64,000 bases of DNA from a bacterium (GCA_963674965.2 CAXXFL010000006.1:1056001-1120000); one strand, 5' to 3'; shown: positions 10,263-20,613, numbered from the stretch's first letter. Numbers and translations are program-made. The notes: generated by a model from the sequence alone, not told the origin.

Positions 10263-12080
10263 TCAATCGAGGGGGAACTCCTCGCGCCACTTTTCGTCTT
10301 CCTCCCACTCGGGCTGCATGGCCTTGTCGAGCAGGAAGGGACCCATGACCAGGTAGTCCATCCTGGTGCGCATGAAGCAGCGATAGGCGTGCTCGGGAGA
10401 GCAGACGATGGGCTCGCCCCGCACGTTGAAACTGGTGTTGATGATGACCGGGCACCCGGTCTTTTGCTCGAAGGCCTTGATCATGGCGTGGTAAAGGGGA
10501 TTGTCCGCCGAGTTGACCGTCTGCAGGCGAGCGGAGTAGTCCACGTGGGTAATGGCGGGGACCTCGCTCCTTATCTCCCGGACCTTCTCGACCCCCTTGG
10601 CGCCGTCTTGTTTGGGCTCCTTGCGGAGTTCCTCCCTGACCGGGGCCGTGAGAAGCATGAAAGGGCTCTCGCGGTCGATCTCGAAGTAGTCGCCCGCCCG
10701 CTCGGCTAGCACGGTGGGGGCGAAGGGGCGGAAGGACTCCCGGAACTTGATCTTCAGGTTCATCACCGTCTGCATGTCCGGGCTTCTGGCGTCTCCGATT
10801 ATCGATCGGGACCCCAGGGCGCGGGGACCGAACTCCATCCTCCCCTGAAACCAGCCCACCACCTTTTCCGAGGCGATGAGGTCGGCGGCCTTCCTTGCCA
10901 CCTCGTCCTTTTCCAACCTGGCGTAGGGGATCGAGTTTTCCTTCAGGTATGACTCGATGGACTCTTCCGTGAAAAGGGGCCCCAGGTATGAGGCGCTCTG
11001 TCCGTCCCGTCCTCCCTCCCTCGGGGTCCGCTCGTTGCCCAGGTACTGGTACCAGGAGAAAAGGGCCGCGCCCAGGGCTCCTCCCGCGTCGCCCGCCGCC
11101 GGCTGAATCCAGATATCCTCGAAGGGGCCCTCCCTAAGAATCTTTCCGTTGCTGACGCAGTTGAGGGCCACGCCTCCGGCCAGGCAGAGCTTTTTCATGC
11201 CCGTCACTTTTTGGACGTGACGCGCCATCTTGAGCATGATCTCCTCGGTCACCACCTGGACCGACCGGGCCATGTCCATCTCTCGCTGAGTGATCCTGGT
11301 CTCGGGCTTTCTGGGAGGGCCGCCGAAAAGCCCCGCGAACTTGTCGTTGGTCATGGTAAGCCCGACCATGTAGTTGAAGTAATCCAGGTCGAGCTTGAAC
11401 GACCCGTCGTCCTTGATATCTATCAGCTTGTCCTTGATCAGGTCCACGTACTTGGGCTCGCCGTAGGGGGCCAGGCCCATAAGCTTGTACTCGCCCGAGT
11501 TGACCTTGAAGCCCGTGAAGTAGGTAAAGGCCGAGTAGAGAAGACCCAGGGAGTGAGGAAAACGGATTTCCTTTAACAGCTCGATTTTATTGCCCGCGCC
11601 CCGGCCGAAGCTGGTGGTCGTCCATTCCCCCACCCCGTCCACGGTGATGATGGCCGCCTCCGAAAAGGGCGACGGGAAAAAGGCGCTGGCCGCGTGGGAC
11701 TGGTGATGCTCGGGAAAAAGCATGTTGGTCTCGTGGCCCAACTCTTTATGGATAATGTCCTTGAGCCAGAGCTTTCGTCCCATCCACTCGGGTATGCCGA
11801 TCATGAACGAGCGAAGGCCCCGGGGCGCGTAGGCCAGGTAGGTCTTGAGGATGCGCTCGAACTTGACGAAGGGCTTGTCGTAGAAGGCCACGTAATCGAC
11901 CTGATCGGCCTTGAGTCCCGCTTCCCCCAGGCAGTACTCGACGGCCAGGGAGGGGAACTCGGGGTCGTGCTTCTTTCTCGAGAAGCGCTCCTCCTGGGCG
12001 GCGGCCACGACCTTGCCGTCCACCACGAGACAGGCCGCGGAGTCATGGTAAAAAGCCGATATGCCCAATATGGAAGTCAT
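10263..12080 (-). CDS. Carbamoyltransferase, NodU/CmcH family
   Basis: ILGISAFYHDSAA, EHHQSHAASAF, GEYKLMGLAPYG, EFGPRALG, NTSFN. Confidence 0.95.
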   Translation of the reverse strand: MTSILGISAFYHDSAACLVVDGKVVAAAQEERFSRKKHDPEFPSLAVEYCLGEAGLKADQVDYVAFYDKPFVKFERILKTYLAYAPRGLRSFMIGIPEWMGRKLWLKDIIHKELGHETNMLFPEHHQSHAASAFFPSPFSEAAIITVDGVGEWTTTSFGRGAGNKIELLKEIRFPHSLGLLYSAFTYFTGFKVNSGEYKLMGLAPYGEPKYVDLIKDKLIDIKDDGSFKLDLDYFNYMVGLTMTNDKFAGLFGGPPRKPETRITQREMDMARSVQVVTEEIMLKMARHVQKVTGMKKLCLAGGVALNCVSNGKILREGPFEDIWIQPAAGDAGGALGAALFSWYQYLGNERTPREGGRDGQSASYLGPLFTEESIESYLKENSIPYARLEKDEVARKAADLIASEKVVGWFQGRMEFGPRALGSRSIIGDARSPDMQTVMNLKIKFRESFRPFAPTVLAERAGDYFEIDRESPFMLLTAPVREELRKEPKQDGAKGVEKVREIRSEVPAITHVDYSARLQTVNSADNPLYHAMIKAFEQKTGCPVIINTSFNVRGEPIVCSPEHAYRCFMRTRMDYLVMGPFLLDKAMQPEWEEDEKWREEFPLD

Positions 12081-12188
12081 CTTTTCGCCCCTCCCCAATA
12101 AGGAGGCTATATGCATTTCCGGCCGGACGCAAGAACGGAGGGTCCATTGCCGTCCCTCCGGAATCCTGGCCGTCCGAGAGGGTCCAGG

Positions 12189-13490
12189 TCAGTCCTCGGG
12201 CCCGATATACCCCTGGTAGCGGCCCATCCAGTAGGCCGACAGATAATCGACGCCCGGGAAGACGATGTTCCAGTCGGGGAACTTCTGGCACCTTGGCTTG
12301 TAAGGCGAGCGTTGCCACAGGAAATCCGTCGAGCACTGTTCCTCGATGGGCCTTGGTTCCCTGGTGGCCTTGCTGAAAAACCTCGTCACTGAAAGGACCA
12401 CCGAGTACGGGTCCAGCCTCTTCTTGGGGATGGTCCTGTATACCCACTCGTTGGGGGCCTCGGGCATAAGGGCCAATACATGCTTGTCCCGGGCGATCGT
12501 CTCGGGACTTTCCTCCCCGGTTATGGACATGTAAACGTAGTCGAAGAAGACGTTGTCCGTGTTCTTCACCGAAGGCCAGACCAGGCGCTTGAAAGAGTTG
12601 ACGTACCTTTGCCTGGCGGTGGGTGAAGGCTCGAGGCGGGCGATATTGTAGGCGTTCCGGAAATGGAAGATGATCGCGTAGTAGTCGTAATACTTGTGGT
12701 TTCTCACCTCGAGATAGGCGAGGTTCGAGAAGGGGCCGTAAAAGTCGGCGATCCTGCGGTAGCGGTCCCAGTATTGTTGCTCATCGATTATGTGGGCCGC
12801 CGTCAGGTACCAACCGAGCATGAAGCTCGAGCTCATGTAAATGGGGCCTGCGGTGGTGACTATTCCGTCCACGTCGGTTATGTTATGTCCTTGTTTATAG
12901 AGGGCGTCAATGACTTCCCTCACGTCGGCCTTGATGGTGGCCCGCGTCTCCTCGTCGTCCACCAGGTCGTAGGCTATGGCCATGCCGTAAAAATAACCGT
13001 CGTACTGGTCGCGGCTGGTGTCGCCCAAATAGTAATAGCCGTCATAAGTCCCGCCGTCGACAAGCCTGCACATCTTTATCTTCTTGCATTCCTCCCTCGA
13101 CGGTATGAAGGGCGGCTTGGCCGGCGCGGCGTAGCGGGCGACAAATCCTTTCCGGCCCGTTATCCGGAGGTGATGATGGAGGGTCTGGACCGCATTAATG
13201 GCGTTTTGTTTGGCCTCCTCCTCCCCGGTGACCGCGTAGCGCTGGGCTTGGGAGGCAAGGTACATCCCAGTGAAAATGGTCGAGTCGCCCTGGCCCTGGT
13301 ACTCGAGGGGAATGGTCAAGGCCTCGTCCTCGAACCTTACCTTGACCGTTCCGCCCAGGCCCGGGCGATGGTACTTAACGTAATGGGCGTCGTAAGCCCT
13401 GGCCTTATTAAGTAGCTCGCCGTCCGCTGGACGCGCCAGGCTGGGCGCCAGCAATATCAACGCGGCCAAAAAAGGGAAGTGTCTTTTCAA
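12189..13490 (-). CDS. Secreted hypothetical protein, possibly alpha/alpha-barrel
   Basis: Signal peptide, GGAGG RBS before TTG; aromatic/Asp-rich helical motifs (GDSTIFTG, GDTSRDQY). Confidence 0.7.
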   Translation of the reverse strand: MKRHFPFLAALILLAPSLARPADGELLNKARAYDAHYVKYHRPGLGGTVKVRFEDEALTIPLEYQGQGDSTIFTGMYLASQAQRYAVTGEEEAKQNAINAVQTLHHHLRITGRKGFVARYAAPAKPPFIPSREECKKIKMCRLVDGGTYDGYYYLGDTSRDQYDGYFYGMAIAYDLVDDEETRATIKADVREVIDALYKQGHNITDVDGIVTTAGPIYMSSSFMLGWYLTAAHIIDEQQYWDRYRRIADFYGPFSNLAYLEVRNHKYYDYYAIIFHFRNAYNIARLEPSPTARQRYVNSFKRLVWPSVKNTDNVFFDYVYMSITGEESPETIARDKHVLALMPEAPNEWVYRTIPKKRLDPYSVVLSVTRFFSKATREPRPIEEQCSTDFLWQRSPYKPRCQKFPDWNIVFPGVDYLSAYWMGRYQGYIGPED

Positions 13491-13665
13491 TTCAAGCCTC
13501 CCGCGCTCGCGGCGCGAAGAATTTGAGGCCGGTCCGGAATATGCGCCGGCCTTGAAACAGGCTATTTCAAATCCCTTGTCTTTTCAAACCCGCGGCCCGG
13601 GCCGCGGCCGCCAAGGAGCGGGAGGAAGTATTGTCGCTCCGGATGAACCCCGCCGGGCGCTCGTT

Positions 13666-13696
13666 AAAAAACCGGGGACCATAAAGCCCCCGGTTT
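13666..13696 (-). terminator. Intrinsic terminator after thiolase
   Basis: AAAAAACCGGGG...CCCCGGTTT inverted repeat with U-run on the minus strand. Confidence 0.7.
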
Positions 13697-13717
13697 GGGT
13701 TCGCGCAAGGGCCGGCG

Positions 13718-14902
13718 TCAGTTGGTCACTCTCTCGACGACCATGGCGTGGGACATGCCCAGGGCCGCGCAGAGGGTGATAAGCCCGTACTTGGCGTCGC
13801 GTCTTTCCAACTCGTTTATCATGGTGGCCAGGAGGATCCCACCCGTAGAGCCCAGGGGATGGCCCAGGGCCACGGCGCCGCCGTTGACGTTGATCTTTTC
13901 CTTGGGTATGCCCAGGGTCTTCATCCAGGCCACGGGCACGCAGGCGAAGGCCTCGTTGATCTCGAACAGGTCGATGTCGTCCTTGGTGAGTCCGGCCCGC
14001 TTGAGGGCCAGCTCGGTGGCGGGTATGACGCCGTCGAGCATCTCGCGGGGCACGACCCCGTGGTTGGCGTTCGAGAGGCAACGCGCGCGCTTCTTGAGCC
14101 CGAATTCCTCGACCAGGCCGCCCGAGGCCCAAAGGGCCATGGAGGCCCCGTCACAAATGCCCGAGGCGTTGCCGGCGTGGATCATGCCGCCGGGCTTGAA
14201 GGGGCGGGGCAACTTGGCCAGCTTCTCGACCGTGCTGTCGGGCTTTATGTGCGTGTCCCTGTCGATCACCTGCTCCTTGCCCTCGGCGTCCTTGTAGGTG
14301 ATGGGAATGATTTCGTCCTTGAACTTGCCCGCCTCGGTGGCGGCGTGGGCCTTCTGCTGGCTCCACACGGAGAACTCGTCGATCTCCTCCTGGCTGAGCT
14401 TGTACTTTTCGCAGATGATCTCCGCCGCCTGGCCCTGCGAGTTCATGGGGTGTTTCCTCATCATCTCGGGGGGAAAGGGCAGCCTCTTGTAGTCGATGTC
14501 CGAGTTGATGGGGCACATGTTCATGTGCTCGCCGCCGCCGGCCATGGCGCAGTCCACGTCGCCCACGATGATGCTGGCGTTGGCAAAGGCGCTGGCCTGG
14601 ATGGCGCCGGAGCAGTACCTGTTCAGATGCACGCCCGAGGTGGTGGGAGGCAGGTTCGAGGCCAGGACCACGTTCCTGGCCACGTCGGTGGCCTGCTCCT
14701 TGCAAATGGTGGCGGTCGAGTAGATGACGTCCTCCACCTTCTCCGGGGGCAGGGTGGGGTTCCTCTCGAGCAGAGCGTTGACCAGGATGGCGCCCATGGA
14801 GACGGGATGAGTCTTGGCCAGCTCTCCCTCGATGTTCTTCTTGGGTTTGGACTGTTTTCCGCGAGCCGTTCGAACGGCGTCAACCAGATATGATTCTTGC
14901 AT
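13718..14902 (-). CDS. Thiolase (acetyl-CoA C-acyltransferase)
   Basis: NRYCSG catalytic Cys, NEAF, GHPLG, terminal CAALG. Confidence 0.95.
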   Translation of the reverse strand: MQESYLVDAVRTARGKQSKPKKNIEGELAKTHPVSMGAILVNALLERNPTLPPEKVEDVIYSTATICKEQATDVARNVVLASNLPPTTSGVHLNRYCSGAIQASAFANASIIVGDVDCAMAGGGEHMNMCPINSDIDYKRLPFPPEMMRKHPMNSQGQAAEIICEKYKLSQEEIDEFSVWSQQKAHAATEAGKFKDEIIPITYKDAEGKEQVIDRDTHIKPDSTVEKLAKLPRPFKPGGMIHAGNASGICDGASMALWASGGLVEEFGLKKRARCLSNANHGVVPREMLDGVIPATELALKRAGLTKDDIDLFEINEAFACVPVAWMKTLGIPKEKINVNGGAVALGHPLGSTGGILLATMINELERRDAKYGLITLCAALGMSHAMVVERVTN

Positions 14903-14949
14903 TGTAATACTCCTTGTAAGATTTGGCGGCCGAATTCGCTTCCCAGCCG

Positions 14950-14992
14950 GATAACGAGCGTTATCTTATAACGAGCGTTACGTCGTTGTCAA
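14950..14992 (-). promoter_or_regulatory. Sigma70 promoter of thiolase with tandem palindromic operators
   Basis: TTGACA (14992-14987), 18 bp, TAAGAT (14968-14963); TAACG-AG-CGTTA at 14952-14963 and 14969-14980. Confidence 0.75.
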
Positions 14993-15194
14993 GACAATTC
15001 TTCCAACTCGATTATGTCTAAATATATCCAGGATAAACCGGACGCGAGGCACACGCCTAAATTGGACGCCAAACAATCTTTGGCAAAAAGCGGCCCTATT
15101 TCCCGTTACCATGTTCGATCCCCAGGTCTCTCACGCGCGCTCTCGGCGAGTCGATTTTGTTTTCCAGCGGTCATGTAAATATTATGTTGAAAGA

Positions 15195-16091
15195 ATGAAC
15201 GTTGGTCCATCGGATTACGAGCTTCGCGCTCTAAAGGAAATCCAGGGTTGGAAGGGCCGGGAAGACCCCTGGTACGGGAAGGCCTTGCGGTACGCGGGCA
15301 AACCCATGGACGCCATATCTTCCCTGGCCTCGAGGGCCCCGGGGTTCGACTGGGCCATCCAGAAGACGGTGGGTAGGCTCGTGACCCTCCTCAACGACGC
15401 GGCCCAGTGGTCGGTGAGAAAGAGGGCCATCTGCGCCGAGTACGGGGCCCTCGGTTTCCGGGTCGAGCGGTTGGAGGACGTTCTCGATCTTGACCTCGAG
15501 TCGGTGGACAATGCCATCGGTCGGCTCGAGGCCAAGTACGTGGCCATGGCCGCCGCCGAGGGGACAGCCGCCGGGGCCGCCGGCGTATTCGGCATACCCA
15601 CCGACGTGGTGGGCCTCACCGCCTTGTCCCTCCGGGCCATCGGAGAGTACGCCACCTATTGCGGCTTCGACGTAAGTAACCCCGAGGAAAAGCTTTACGC
15701 CGTGAACCTTCTCGACTTCGCCCTCAGCCCCGATGAGCGGGCGAAACGGGACTCCCTTTCGAGGCTTCTAAAAGTGGCCCGGGACGTGGCGGCCAAAAGG
15801 GTCCAGCGCGAGACCCGCGAGTCGGTCCTCGAAAAAGTGATCGAGAGCGCGGCCAGGTCCATGGGCGTAAGGCTGACCTCCGAGAAGTACGCCCAGTTCC
15901 TGCCCCTGGCCGGGGCCCTGGTGGCGGGAGGATCGAACGCCTTTCACGCGGCCGCCGTCTGCCGCGCCTCCTATTATCTCTATCGCGAGAGGTTTTTGGC
16001 CCGCAAGTACGGGGACTACGTCATCGGGCTCCTCTCCGACCCCATGAAGGACCTGGCCAAAGGCGGAGTCGAGTCGGAGAAAGGCGATTGA
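15195..16091 (+). CDS. EcsC family protein
   Basis: AAAEGTAAGAAG..GIPTD..L..LSLRAIGE.A..CGFD pattern; start could be 15111. Confidence 0.8.
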   Translation: MNVGPSDYELRALKEIQGWKGREDPWYGKALRYAGKPMDAISSLASRAPGFDWAIQKTVGRLVTLLNDAAQWSVRKRAICAEYGALGFRVERLEDVLDLDLESVDNAIGRLEAKYVAMAAAEGTAAGAAGVFGIPTDVVGLTALSLRAIGEYATYCGFDVSNPEEKLYAVNLLDFALSPDERAKRDSLSRLLKVARDVAAKRVQRETRESVLEKVIESAARSMGVRLTSEKYAQFLPLAGALVAGGSNAFHAAAVCRASYYLYRERFLARKYGDYVIGLLSDPMKDLAKGGVESEKGD

Positions 16092-16302
16092 AGGGAGCCT
16101 TTGACTACGACCGCCTTCCTGGACCATGTTGGTTCGACAATTTGAATTAGCCGCCGATAAAGGCTCCGCCCCGCCTATCGAGGACACGGGTGTATGCCGC
16201 GCTAAGCGGGATGAATAGGCCTCCCTCCACCACCCGCCGGCGGCGTGATAATTCGCATGTAAATAAACATTGTGAACGCTGGGACCATCTTCATAAAATT
16301 TT

Positions 16303-16390
16303 TGGGTGGCTTAGCCGCGGGCTGAGTATTGCTTTTTCTAAATCAAGCACGGATTGTTTTTAGTTCCGAGCCTCTTGCAAAAGTCTTCAT
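16303..16390 (+). repeat. Dispersed repeat family, copy A (cut by IS1380)
   Basis: GGCTGAGTATTGCT-TTTTCTAAATCAAGC matches 43488-43517 at 29/30; its left part resembles 53528-53557. Confidence 0.7.
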
Positions 16391-16394
16391 TATA

Positions 16395-18153
16395 CCTAAA
16401 TTGAGCGATTTTTCCCAATAAAAAGTCCACCTGTTCGGTAAATTCTATGGTAGAATAAGGCATTTCTCACAATCCCTCATCAACCGCGAATTCAACCCGA
16501 AAGGTGGACTGAAAACATGAGCAAGAATACCACGAAGTCCCACTCCGGCAAAACCCGCGTCGCCAATGTCGAACCATGCGACGACACGCTCTCCGGCCGG
16601 GGCGGACTCGCTCTCTTCGCCCGATACCTCTAAGCCATCGCCATCCAACGGCCCCTCACAACCTTGTTCGGGTCCCTGCGCAAAAGTTCCAAGGGCCCGC
16701 CGGTGTGGGAGACCTTTGTTCAACTCTTCGCCTTTTTCGCGGACGGGACCAGCCGCCACCTCACCCATTTCGACCGCCTCAAAAAAGACCCCGGCCACGC
16801 CGCCCTCCTCGAAACCACCACCGACCAACTCCTTTCTTCGCACCAGGCCAAGCGCTTTTTCCGCGCCTTCAATTTTCCCAAGGCCCTTCTCTTCCGCCAA
16901 CTCCTGCGCCGGCTGTTCCTCTGGCGGCTCAACCTCGCGAGGCCTTCGGTGGTGGTCCTCGGCCTGGACACCATGGTGATGGACAACGACGATGCCGCGA
17001 AACGCGAGGGGGTGAAGCCGACCTACAAAAAGGTGAAGGGCTTTCAGCCGCTGCAGCTCACCTGGGGCCGCTTCATCGTGGACGCGCTCTTTCGGAGCGG
17101 GGACAAGCATTCCAACCGCGGGGACGACGCGGTGCGGACGCTGGGGACGGCGGTGAGGATGGTCCGGGCGCGTTACCGGGCCGAGGTCCCGATTCTGATT
17201 CGCATGGACGCCGGCTTTTTCGACGAGAAGCTGTTCGCGGCGCTGGACGCGCTTGAGGTCGGCTGGATTTGCGGGGGCAAGCTCTACGATGACATTCGCG
17301 CCTTTGCGGAGGCCGTCCCGGCGGTGGATTGGCGGCGTCTTCGCAAGGGGAAAGTGGAATGGGAATGGATGGAACTCGGGGACCGCCGGGGGAGTTGGAA
17401 AAGTTTTCGGCGGGCGTTCTACTGCCGGCTGGCGGTGGACGGGATGGGGCAGCGGCGGTTCGAGTTCGCCCGGCCCGACGGCGTCATCTACACCAACCTC
17501 GGCCAGGGCGGGCCGGTGGACGCGAGCTTCCGGGCCGCGGGCGAGGGCGCCCGGCTCAAGGGCGAAAATATCGTGTCCGAATATCATCGCCGCGGCGCCG
17601 ACGAGCTTTGCCACCGCGCCCTCAAGGACTTCGCCGACGAACAACTGCCCTTCAAGAATTTCGCCCCCAATGCCGCCTGGTATTACGCCCTGCTCACGGC
17701 CTTCTTCCTGTTCGAGGCCTTCGCCGAGGACGTGTGCGCCGAAGCCGTGCCCGTAACCGCCTACCCCGCCACCCTGCGCCGCGCCGTCATTGACGTCGCC
17801 GCCAGGTTCGTCCGCCATGCCGGACGGATCATTCTGAAAATCGCCCGGCCGGCCTGGGAGGCCCTCGACTTCGGCCGCCTGTGGGAACTCGCCAACGCCC
17901 CGCCGACACTCGTCCAGGTTTGACCCGGCCCGAGCCGCCGAAAAGGCCGCCGCCCCAAGGGAGCGGTGCGCCCGCGCCCCGATCAGCAAGACCCCCAGCA
18001 GTCCGTCACCACCGCCAGAGGACCGGTCTCTTTAAAAAAACGCCCCCTTCCGCTGTCGGCGCTGGACAGCCAACCGCTCCCGCCGCTGGAAGCGGAAATT
18101 TGAGGCCATTTGGGGTTTGCATTAGCATAAATAAAAAAATCGCTCAATTTAGG
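16395..18153 (+). mobile_element. IS1380-family insertion sequence (1759 bp)
   Basis: Perfect 19-bp TIR CCTAAATTGAGCGATTTTT (16395-16413 / 18135-18153); no matching TSD seen. Confidence 0.92.
16517..17923 (+). pseudogene. IS1380 transposase with in-frame TAA at codon 39
   Basis: ATG 16517 gives MSKNT...GRGGLALFARYL*; TAA at 16631-16633; the same frame continues into the DDE domain (LDTMVMDNDDA, RMDAGF, HRRGADE). Confidence 0.88.
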
Positions 18154-18363
18154 TTGAAGTATTTACCACCTCAAAACTCTTCATTCATACCATCTCCTTT
18201 GGGACCAAAAAGCCCCGTAAATATGCTAACCTGTATCACAGTGTGGACAAATTGTGTCCAAAAAAATCGAAAAACGACCTGAAAAAGGGGTTTTTGAGCG
18301 GACCCCGCCCCGGAGGGCTTGAGGCTAACCCTGGTTGAAAGGCTTGAATTTAGAAGTTTTTTT

Positions 18364-18450
18364 TGGTGCCCGGAGCCGGACTTGAACCGGCACATGGATA
18401 ACCATAGCGGATTTTAAGTCCGCTGCGTCTACCAATTCCGCCATCCGGGC
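18364..18450 (-). tRNA. tRNA-Leu(TAA)
   Basis: GCCCGGATGGCGGAATTGGTAGACGC...anticodon arm GCGGA-CTTAAAA-TCCGC, long variable arm, GTTCAAGTC, CCA end. Confidence 0.97.
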
Positions 18451-18620
18451 ATAGGCCGCATAAGCCCTCGTTTTCCGTTCGGAAAGCGCTTCGCCAAAAA
18501 GCGACGCCGCGATTTGATATTAGCATAGGCGCCGCCGGATAACAAAGAAACGCCGCTGGCCGGCGGGGAAAGGGGCCGGTCCGTTCTTTTCTCGATTTAT
18601 CAACATCGACAAGCTGGCCT

Positions 18621-18696
18621 TTGACTCGAATGCCGGTTGGTGTTACAGTAATTTGCGAGGCCGGATCTTGATCTCCAACCTGGATTCGGTTTTTTT
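18621..18696 (+). promoter_or_regulatory. glyA promoter followed by a terminator-like leader hairpin
   Basis: TTGACT-17-TACAGT (18621-18649); GCCGGATCT...GGATTCGGT stem followed by a T-run (18660-18696). Confidence 0.5.
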
Positions 18697-18800
18697 CTTT
18701 TGGGGAGACAATTCAATTATCCCTGGCGCTTTTTTCGCGGGACGGGCCATGGCCCTTTCCGGTGGAGGCGTTTTCAGGGGGAAAAGCTTGGAGGCCTTTT

Positions 18801-20084
18801 ATGTATGAAAAGAACGTCGAGAGAATCGAGGAACTGGTCCGCCAGCAAAACCAGTGGCGCTCCAGCACCGTTAATCTGATAGCCAGCGAGAACATCATGA
18901 GCGTGAGGGCCCGCTCCTCCATGGGCTCGGACTTCACTCACCGCTACGCGGAGGGCCATCCCGGCGCCCGTTATTACCAGGGCACGGAGAAGATCGACGA
19001 GATCGAGACCCGGGCCAAGCAGCACTTAAAGACCCTGTTCGGCTGCCGCCACATCGACGTGCGCCCCATCAGCGGGACCGTGGCCAACGACGCGGTCTTC
19101 TCGCGGTATATAAAGCCCGGCGACGTGGTCATGGTCAACTCGACCTCGGCCGGCGGGCACATCAGCCACCACAAGGCCGGGTCGGTGGGCAAGTACACCA
19201 ACAACATCATCAATTTCCCCCTTACCAGGGACGGATACCATCTGGACGTGGACCGCGCCATCGACCTCATCGAGAGCGTGAACCCCAAGCTCCTTATCAT
19301 GGGCAAGAGTCTTTTCCTCTTCCCCGAGCCCGTGTCCGATCTGGCTCCCCTTTGCAAGGACATGGGAATAACCCTCGTTTTCGACGCGGCCCACGTCCTG
19401 GGCCTTATCGCGGGCAAGAAGTTCCAGGACCCTCTTAAAGAGGGGGCCACCATCGTGACCGGCTCGACTCACAAGACCTTCTTCGGCAGCCAGCGGGGGA
19501 TCGTGTTCTCGAACATGAAGGACTCCGAGTGGGCCCTGATCGACAAGGGGGCCTTCCCCGGCAGTTCCTCCAACCATCACCTCGACACGCTGGTGCCTCT
19601 GGCCATCACGGCCTACGAGTTTCTCGAGTTCGGGGAGACCTACGCGGAACAGGTGGTCAAGAACGCCAAGGCCCTGGGCGCGGCCCTTTACAACGCGGGC
19701 CTGGACGTTCAGGCCTCCCAGTTCGGGTTCACCGAGTGCCACCAGATAGCGGTGGACGTGAGCAAGCTGGGAGGAGGAGACGAGGTCGCCAGGATACTCA
19801 AGGACAACGGTATAATCATCAACATGAACCTCCTTCCCCACGAGCCGCTCGAGCGGGTGCAGAACCCGGCGGGCATCAGGCTGGGCGTCCAGGAAATGAC
19901 CCGCGTGGGCATGAAGGAGGAGGAGATGGACATTATCGCCGACCTCATCAAGAAGTGTCTCATCGACGGCCAGTACGTGGCCGAGGACGTGAAGGCCTTT
20001 AGGAAGGACTACCAGATCGTGCAATACAGCTTCGATCCCGGCGCCGACTCGATGGAAAAGCAAAACATCAAGGCCGTCAAATAA
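18801..20084 (+). CDS. glyA: Serine hydroxymethyltransferase (archaeal-like clade)
   Basis: NLIASEN, RYAEG, GGHISH, STHKTF (PLP Lys), FPG..SNHH. Confidence 0.93.
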   Translation: MYEKNVERIEELVRQQNQWRSSTVNLIASENIMSVRARSSMGSDFTHRYAEGHPGARYYQGTEKIDEIETRAKQHLKTLFGCRHIDVRPISGTVANDAVFSRYIKPGDVVMVNSTSAGGHISHHKAGSVGKYTNNIINFPLTRDGYHLDVDRAIDLIESVNPKLLIMGKSLFLFPEPVSDLAPLCKDMGITLVFDAAHVLGLIAGKKFQDPLKEGATIVTGSTHKTFFGSQRGIVFSNMKDSEWALIDKGAFPGSSSNHHLDTLVPLAITAYEFLEFGETYAEQVVKNAKALGAALYNAGLDVQASQFGFTECHQIAVDVSKLGGGDEVARILKDNGIIINMNLLPHEPLERVQNPAGIRLGVQEMTRVGMKEEEMDIIADLIKKCLIDGQYVAEDVKAFRKDYQIVQYSFDPGADSMEKQNIKAVK

Positions 20085-20097
20085 GAGCGGACGCGGC

Positions 20098-20463
20098 ATG
20101 TACGAGTTGATCGTAAAGAGGAAATTCTCCGCCGCTCACCAGCTTCGGGGCTACCGGGGCAAGTGCGAGGCCATGCACGGCCACACCTACGGCGTTGACG
20201 TCCACGTCATGGCCGAGGAGCTTGACGAGGTTGGACTGGCCGTGGATTTCAAGAAGCTCAAGGATTCAATCGACGGCCTGCTCGATAACTACGACCACCA
20301 CCTTCTAAACGAGGTCAAGCCCTTCGACGAGATCAATCCCAGCGCCGAGAACATGGCCCGGGTGATTTACCACGAGCTTGCCCGCTCTCTTCCAAAGGGG
20401 ACCAGGCTGGGACGGGTGGTCGTGTGGGAAAGCGAGAACGCCGGCGCGGCCTATTTCGAGTAA
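20098..20463 (+). CDS. queD: 6-carboxytetrahydropterin synthase
   Basis: FSAAHQL, CEAMHGH, NPSAEN, VWES. Confidence 0.93.
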   Translation: MYELIVKRKFSAAHQLRGYRGKCEAMHGHTYGVDVHVMAEELDEVGLAVDFKKLKDSIDGLLDNYDHHLLNEVKPFDEINPSAENMARVIYHELARSLPKGTRLGRVVVWESENAGAAYFE

Positions 20464-20613
20464 GCCGCGTTTTTTTCCGGGCCAATCCTCCGGGCCTTCG
20501 GTTCCTTTCGTGGAAAAGGGAGCTATAATAATACAAGTGACTTTCCAAGGCGCTTTCCCGGGGCTTTCGCTCCCGCGGATACACGAAGAAAAACGGGCGG
20601 TAGGCAGGCGGCT

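Noticed and set aside
16631-16633. Programmed readthrough or recoding in the transposase
   Set aside because: The stop is TAA, not a Sec or Pyl codon; a simple nonsense mutation is more likely
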